DNA of 35,397 bases from Nannocystis pusilla. GTDB lineage: Bacteria; Myxococcota_A; Polyangia; Nannocystales; Nannocystaceae. Position 1 is the first letter of the stretch. Every line of letters begins with the position of its first letter. Shown one piece after another: positions 33,443 through 35,397 of this stretch. Below the pieces are notes generated by a model. That model did no database searches. It was not told the DNA's origin and saw only the letters and a list, made by a program, of their open reading frames with translations. The stretch lies in the NCBI RefSeq assembly GCF_049337375.1, contig NZ_JBMPIV010000015.1. One strand, written 5' to 3'. The position numbers and the translations under genes are program-made.

Positions 33443-34321
33443 ATGACCCGGCCCGAGCGCGGGACGGTGCTCGGGATCAAGGCGACGCTGCTGTTCTGCC
33501 GGGTGTTCGGCCGCCGCGGGGCGGGGGTGCTGCTGGCGGTGATCACCTTCTACTACGCGCTGTTCGCCGGGGCGGCGCGGCGGGCCTCGCAGGACTACCT
33601 GCGGCGGATCGGCCAGCCGCACGGTTTCTGGGCCAGCTGGCGCCACATCTACACGTTCGCCCGCTGCGCCCTCGACCGCGTGTTCCTGGTCCGCGGCGAG
33701 ACGTCGCGGTTCCGCATCACGCACACGGGCATCGAGCACCTGCGGGCGCTGCAGCAGCAGGGCAAGGGGGCGCTGCTGCTCGGGGCGCACCTCGGCTCGT
33801 TCGAGGCGATGCGGGCCAGCAGCGCCGACAAGCGGCTGCCGATCCACATCCTCGCGTACTGGCAGAACGCGAAGATGATAAGCGACTTCTTGCGCACGGT
33901 GCAGGCCGACTTCGACGTGCGCGTGATCCCGATCGACCCGCGCGACACCAGCTACATCCTGGCCGCCAAGGAGGCGATCGAGCGCGGGGAGCTGGTGGCG
34001 GTGCTCGGCGACCGGGTCGGGGTCAACGAGAAGACCTGCACGGCCGAGTTCCTGGGCGCTCCGGCGCGCTTCCCGACCGGGCCCTACACCCTGGCGGCGC
34101 TGCTAAAGTGCCCGATCTATTTGACTTTCGGGCTTTATCACGGGCCCGACCGCTACGATCTGTATTGCGAGCCCTTCGCCGAACAATTAGAACTCCCCAG
34201 AGGCCGCCGCGAGGCCGCCACCGCCGCCCATGTCCAGCGCTACGCCGAACGCCTCGAGCACTACTGCCGCCTCGCGCCGCTCAACTGGTTCAACTTCTAC
34301 GAGTTCTGGAGGGCGGAGTGA
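33443..34321 (+). CDS. LpxL/HtrB-like (lysophospholipid/lipid A-type) acyltransferase; an alternative upstream start at 33209 would include the repeat-encoded extension
   Basis: family-like pattern RPERGTVLGIKATLLF…ALLLGAHLGSFE…AVLGDR; the stop TGA overlaps the GTG start of the next gene (GTGA). Confidence 0.7.
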   Translation: MTRPERGTVLGIKATLLFCRVFGRRGAGVLLAVITFYYALFAGAARRASQDYLRRIGQPHGFWASWRHIYTFARCALDRVFLVRGETSRFRITHTGIEHLRALQQQGKGALLLGAHLGSFEAMRASSADKRLPIHILAYWQNAKMISDFLRTVQADFDVRVIPIDPRDTSYILAAKEAIERGELVAVLGDRVGVNEKTCTAEFLGAPARFPTGPYTLAALLKCPIYLTFGLYHGPDRYDLYCEPFAEQLELPRGRREAATAAHVQRYAERLEHYCRLAPLNWFNFYEFWRAE

Positions 34322-35397
34322 GTAGCGCGCGCGTCCTCATCGTGGGGCCCGGGGGCATCGGCCTCGACGACGTGGTTCAGCTGGCCGAAGGGACAGCTTT
34401 CCCGGCGCTCGACGACGCCCCGGAGTACCGGGCGCTGCTGGGCCGCGGCGCCGACCACCTGGCGCGCCGGCTGGCCGCGGGCGAGGTCGTCTACGGGGTC
34501 ACGACCGGGTTCGGCGACTCGTGCGAGACGTCGGTGCCCGACGAGCACGTGGCGGCGATGCCGATCAACCTGATGCGCTTCCACGGCTGCGGCACCGGGC
34601 GGATCCTCGACGAGGTCGAGGCGGCCGCGGTGGTGGCGGTGCGGCTGGTGGCGCTGGCGCGCGGCTGGTCGGGCGTGCGCGTCGAGGTGCTCGAGCGCCT
34701 GTGCGACCTGCTGCGGCACCGCCTGCTGCCGCGGATCCCCGCCGAGGGCTCGGTCGGGGCCAGCGGCGATCTGACGCCGCTGTCGTACGTGGTGGCGGCG
34801 CTGGTCGGCGAGCGCGAGGTCTGGTTCAAGGGACAGGTCGCGCCCGCGGCCAAGGCGCTGCGCGAGGCCGGGATCCCGCCGCTCGTGCTGCAGCCCAAGG
34901 AGAGCCTGGCGCTGATGAACGGGACCAGCGTCATGGTCGGGCTCGGTTGCCTGGCGGTCGCGCGCGCGCAGCGGCTGGCGCGCCTGTGCGCGGCGCTGAC
35001 GGCGATGGGCAGCGACGTCCTCGGCGGCAACCCCGCTCACTTCGACGACCGCATCTTCGCCGCCAAGCCGCACCCGGGCCAGAGGGCCGTGGCGGGGTGG
35101 ATCCGCGAGGATATCGAGTTCCCGCGGCCGGCCGCCCCCGCCCGCATCCAGGACCGCTACTCGATCCGCTGCGCCCCCCACGTGATCGGCGTCCTCGTCG
35201 ACGCGCTACCCTGGGTCCGGCAGTGGCTGGAGGTCGAGATCGTCGGCGCCAACGACAACCCGCTGGTCGACCCGGAGACCGGCGAGGTGCTGCACGGCGG
35301 CAACTTCTACGGCGGCCACGCCTGCTTCGCGCTCGACTCGCTCAAGACGGCGGTGGCAAACCTCGCCGACCTGGTCGACCGCCAGATCGCGCTGGTC
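34318..35397 (+). CDS. aromatic amino acid ammonia-lyase (HAL/TAL/PAL, MIO-dependent), 5' part only; continues past the window end
   Basis: GVTTGFGDS…; MIO-forming GSVGASGDLTPLS (Ala-Ser-Gly at 34759-34767); absent from the ORF track because it has no stop within the window. Confidence 0.8.
   Translation, partial: MSSARVLIVGPGGIGLDDVVQLAEGTAFPALDDAPEYRALLGRGADHLARRLAAGEVVYGVTTGFGDSCETSVPDEHVAAMPINLMRFHGCGTGRILDEVEAAAVVAVRLVALARGWSGVRVEVLERLCDLLRHRLLPRIPAEGSVGASGDLTPLSYVVAALVGEREVWFKGQVAPAAKALREAGIPPLVLQPKESLALMNGTSVMVGLGCLAVARAQRLARLCAALTAMGSDVLGGNPAHFDDRIFAAKPHPGQRAVAGWIREDIEFPRPAAPARIQDRYSIRCAPHVIGVLVDALPWVRQWLEVEIVGANDNPLVDPETGEVLHGGNFYGGHACFALDSLKTAVANLADLVDRQIALV

Noticed and set aside
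1-35397. Search for tRNA, tmRNA and rRNA
   Set aside because: No GGTTCGAATCC-type T-loop with matching acceptor stems was found by eye. No rRNA-like conserved blocks were seen. A proper tRNAscan or Infernal run is still advisable.

Overview
This 35.4 kb window is about 70 % GC and is gene-dense. The gene content points to a myxobacterial (Sorangiineae/Polyangiaceae-type) chromosome: many lipoproteins, a DUF1552 protein, an S41 and an M16 peptidase, MFS, TetR and XRE genes. That assignment is an inference from gene content, not a database hit. I support about 30 protein-coding genes, one frameshifted RidA pseudogene, and no rRNA, tRNA, CRISPR or transposase. High GC produces many long frame-shadow ORFs (Arg/Pro/Gly-rich), which I rejected.

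The right end (28.3-35.4 kb) is a lipid-type biosynthetic cluster that looks like an aryl-polyene/flexirubin-type cluster. It contains FabG, ACP, a membrane protein, an AMP-ligase fused to a FabZ-like hotdog dehydratase, a GT2 glycosyltransferase, an LpxL-like acyltransferase and a 5'-partial MIO ammonia-lyase.

The most unusual signal is a dense family of short stop-codon-free palindromic repeats. The core is GGGACATGTCC, equivalently TGTCC-N2-4-GGGACA(G/T)GTG, often with a T-rich or TTTAAAA left flank and a recurring GACATGGCCCGAAG extension. More than 30 copies occur in 35 kb. Some sit in convergent and divergent intergenic gaps. Some are expanded into tandem arrays. Strikingly, some lie in-frame inside coding sequences (M16 peptidase, AMP-ligase, GT2 N-terminus, TetR, protein linkers), where they bring atypical A/T-ending codons. 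This resembles a REP/BIME- or Rickettsia-RPE-like miniature element, and I am not aware of it having been described in this form.

Other points of note are a low-GC (about 54 %) single-gene island at the left end, tandem TetR operators, a palindromic operator cluster for an XRE regulator, and several local tandem duplications.
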